The translations under genes were made by a program, and so were the position numbers. The notes beneath the pieces are model-generated. The model made no database searches. It had not been told where the DNA came from and saw only the letters and a program-made list of their open reading frames with translations. Shown here piece after piece: positions 61,208 through 64,000 of a stretch of 64,000 nucleotides of DNA (positions within the stretch are counted from its first letter, which is position 1; the number at the start of each line of letters is the position of its first letter). Source of the DNA: Scyliorhinus canicula (taxonomy: Eukaryota); NCBI RefSeq assembly GCF_902713615.1, contig NC_052149.1, positions 36,848,327 through 36,912,326 of the forward strand. Reading direction: 5' to 3'.

Positions 61208-64000
61208 TATGCACCTGTAAATCAGTATTTCAGTTGTCTGGATTACTCATTCAGTGACATGATCACTATGTTGTCGTAAGCACCAATCCTTTAAATAAGC
61301 AGGATAAGTGATAAAGTGAAACAGTGAAAACAAGTTTAAAGAGTTGGGCCGAGAAAATCACACTGAATTATTTGATGTTATGAAGTAACCTTTTGGGCTG
61401 CAATATCATGGGCAGCAATTGCACGCACATTTCCCCCAACTGGAAAATTAGACATTGAAAGCAATTTTCAAAGAGTTTGGTTAAAAAAACATATTCAGTA
61501 AGCAATGTTTTAAAAAGTTTGAAACGCCCCTGTGATTTTTGACCCTGGTTATTTGTAACAGTATCCTGGAGATTAATATTTTGATTCCATGGCTAGAATT
61601 TTACCAGCACTGTGGAGATAGCTTTGGAGGTGGTGGGATATGCATTGGATGTATATTGCATTGGTTCAGCTCTGTTCCTACTTCCATGCGCTTTTTCCAG
61701 AGAAGGGCTTCCAGTGGCAGTAGCTATTCACCTGGCAGTGGGAGATAGCCAATTAAGGCAATTAAAAGGTCAATTAGCCACTATTCTGGCACATCAATAA
61801 AATTTAAAAATAGCACACATTGCAAGTGGCTTTACAGAAGGAGAATCACGTATAAATAAGCAGAAAGGACTTAACAGCAAGTCCACAATAACTTGGGGCC
61901 ATTCCCCTACATGTGTCTGATATGGCTCTGGCTGCTATTCATAGGACCTTTAGGGGACAGCCTCCATCTTGTGGTGCTCGCTGACTCTCCATCTGCGCGA
62001 ACAGTGTTCACCTTTTCCAGTGTGGTGGCTGTCCCTCCGGCCCCTCTGATTGGCCCTCCTGTACCTGCCTGCTGCCCACCCGTCTCAATTGGGGAAAAAG
62101 GTAGAATTGTTATCTAATTGCAAATTGTGTAAAACAAACATCATAAGGATGTAGTTATAGGAGAAGGCCCACCACCACCTTCTCAATGCAACTCATGGTC
62201 AGCAATAATTGGGGACTTGTTCACATCCCTCACGTGCAAAGAACAAATAAACCTTGCCAACTGGACTACAGCCAATTGGCTTCATCTGCAGCAAATAAGC
62301 TCCTCTTTATTGGAAATGCAAAGTCAGGTCATTTAAATCACTCAGTGACACTTTCAATGGGTGGTACAGAATGTGCAGAGTTTGTAACGGCAGCATTTGA
62401 AGTCCATGCAAAGAGTCACTTGATGGAAAGTAGGTTTTGAGGTGGGGAATGGACAAAGCCTCGCTGGGCGGTTCAATGGGAGTTTAGAGCCTAAGGAGAC
62501 GATAAATCCAAATTTCCTCCCTTTTTCCTCGGAGAACCCAGTCTTTTACGGGTTTTGTTTTTACCAGGCTCATTTGCATCAGGTCAATCATTTCCTGCAA
62601 GGAGATTGGGCCCTGGTGTTTGAGTCACTTGAATGGCAATAAGTGCAGCAATTCACTCATCAGGGAAAACGGCCCAAGTTTTCAATTTCACAAACTGCTC
62701 AGTTAAGAGTTGGAAGATGGATGTAGGTTAATGAAAAAAGAAGCCGTCTCTCCAGACACTGGTACTTCTACTGGGTATAAAAGAGATAGCATAACAAAAA
62801 ATGACCTGCAAACCAACCAGAATTACCAGTACGAGACCCTGTTATAACATTTATATTTAATTCTCTTTCTCCTCCTCGCATATTTGAGTAAAATGAGTAG
62901 TTATTTGAGATGTATCTATGCATACAATCCACTTAGCTTATTACCACAACACATGTTCCTGCACAGTGAGATGAGGACCGAGTGCTGTAGCTGATTAAGA
63001 TCTTCTCTAAGATACGTTATGAAACTGCCTACTCTCGCCAGACTGCAGTGGTCGAGAGCTGAATGCGTTTAGAGCTGCGTTAAACTAGACCAAGGCACAA
63101 AACTGCTCAATGCTGAGCACAAACTCATTCTCTGAATTGGTAATTTCTCTCAGAAAGCACACAAAGGTGGCTGGTGTGGGAAATGTTGGATTTAATAGGA
63201 GGTGTTCTATTGGTGTTGGAATGGAGTCACATCGTTGGGAAAAAGTAGATTGTGCTTTGTTCTTAAGTTAACTACAGCCATTCCAGGCCTGGAAGATTCC
63301 TTGATGTTGATGAAGCTTGGCATTTCCCTGAGGTTTTACACAGCTAGAATTTCTTTGTGGAAAGGCCTCAAGAGACTGGAACAGCTGACACTCTTAAGCA
63401 AGTTTGTAATTTCAGTCATATTGTTCAGTCCTTAACGAGTGTAATCTGATAAACAGCAACTGTGTGCATTATACAATACGAAGATGCTTGCAAGTGTGCT
63501 ATAAGGTGATCAAATCTGTTTTAAAAATATTCATTCATAGAATGTGGTGTCTCTCTCTCTAGGCCAGTATTTATTGCCCATCCATAATTGCCTTTGAGGA
63601 GGTGATGGTGAACTGTTTTCTTGAACCGCTGCAGTCCATGTGGTGTTGGAACACCCACAATGCTTTCAGGGAGGGAGTTCCAAGGTTTTGACCCAACAAC
63701 TGTGAAGGAACAGCAATTATGTTCCAAGTTAGGATGGTGAGGGACTTGGAGGGGAACTTCCAGGTGGTGTTTCCACATATCTGCTGCCCCTATCCTTTAA
63801 GATGGTAGTGGCCGCGGGTTTGGAAGATGCTGTTTTAAAGAACTGTATTCCAAACGAATTCTGACGTCATCATCCATTGGTTACTTTACACCAAATACAC
63901 CTTTTGCAGGTCAGCTAACAGAGAGGCAAAGCACGAAATCGGATTGCAATTTAGTCTCAGACCATACAAAGTTTATTCCGGCTGAAGATACATCAAGAGG

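Noticed and set aside
58350-63500. Unique-looking stretches with possible exons (e.g. 59835-59937 +, ~62490-62595 -); looked for TTC22/LEXM by synteny
   Set aside because: No recognisable protein similarity or consistent exon chain.

Overview
Eukaryotic, repeat-dense vertebrate DNA. The SINE/LINE repertoire (HE1-like V-SINEs, CR1, L2, Penelope) points to a shark, probably a catshark-like elasmobranch (inference). Three genes can be built by hand from splice sites and protein similarity: (1) a TMEM205-family gene on + (3 coding exons, 7741-10613, 188 aa, one GC-AG intron); (2) TTC4 on - (10 coding exons, 33284-16280, 394 aa); (3) PARS2 on - (one coding exon, 47158-45746). A CpG-rich bidirectional promoter at ~4.1-4.8 kb appears to also drive an unidentified leftward gene. 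Most other long ORFs are TE relics or artefacts of a ~4.8-kb G/C-skewed minisatellite (49.8-54.65 kb). Most interesting observations: (a) two copies of a rearranged U2 snRNA-derived dispersed repeat that share diagnostic changes (candidate U2-derived SINE family); (b) many minimal hammerhead-ribozyme motifs in Penelope-type repeats, one with a compensatory U3-A8 core; (c) the TTC4 stop codon and last 3 residues come from a SINE, with the apparent ancestral stop preserved in the target-site duplication of a neighbouring insertion; (d) the TMEM205-like gene may be a 2R ohnolog in the 1p32/19p13 paralogon; (e) a local duplication of the TMEM205-like stop-codon region. All homology calls are from recall of family sequences; no database search was run.
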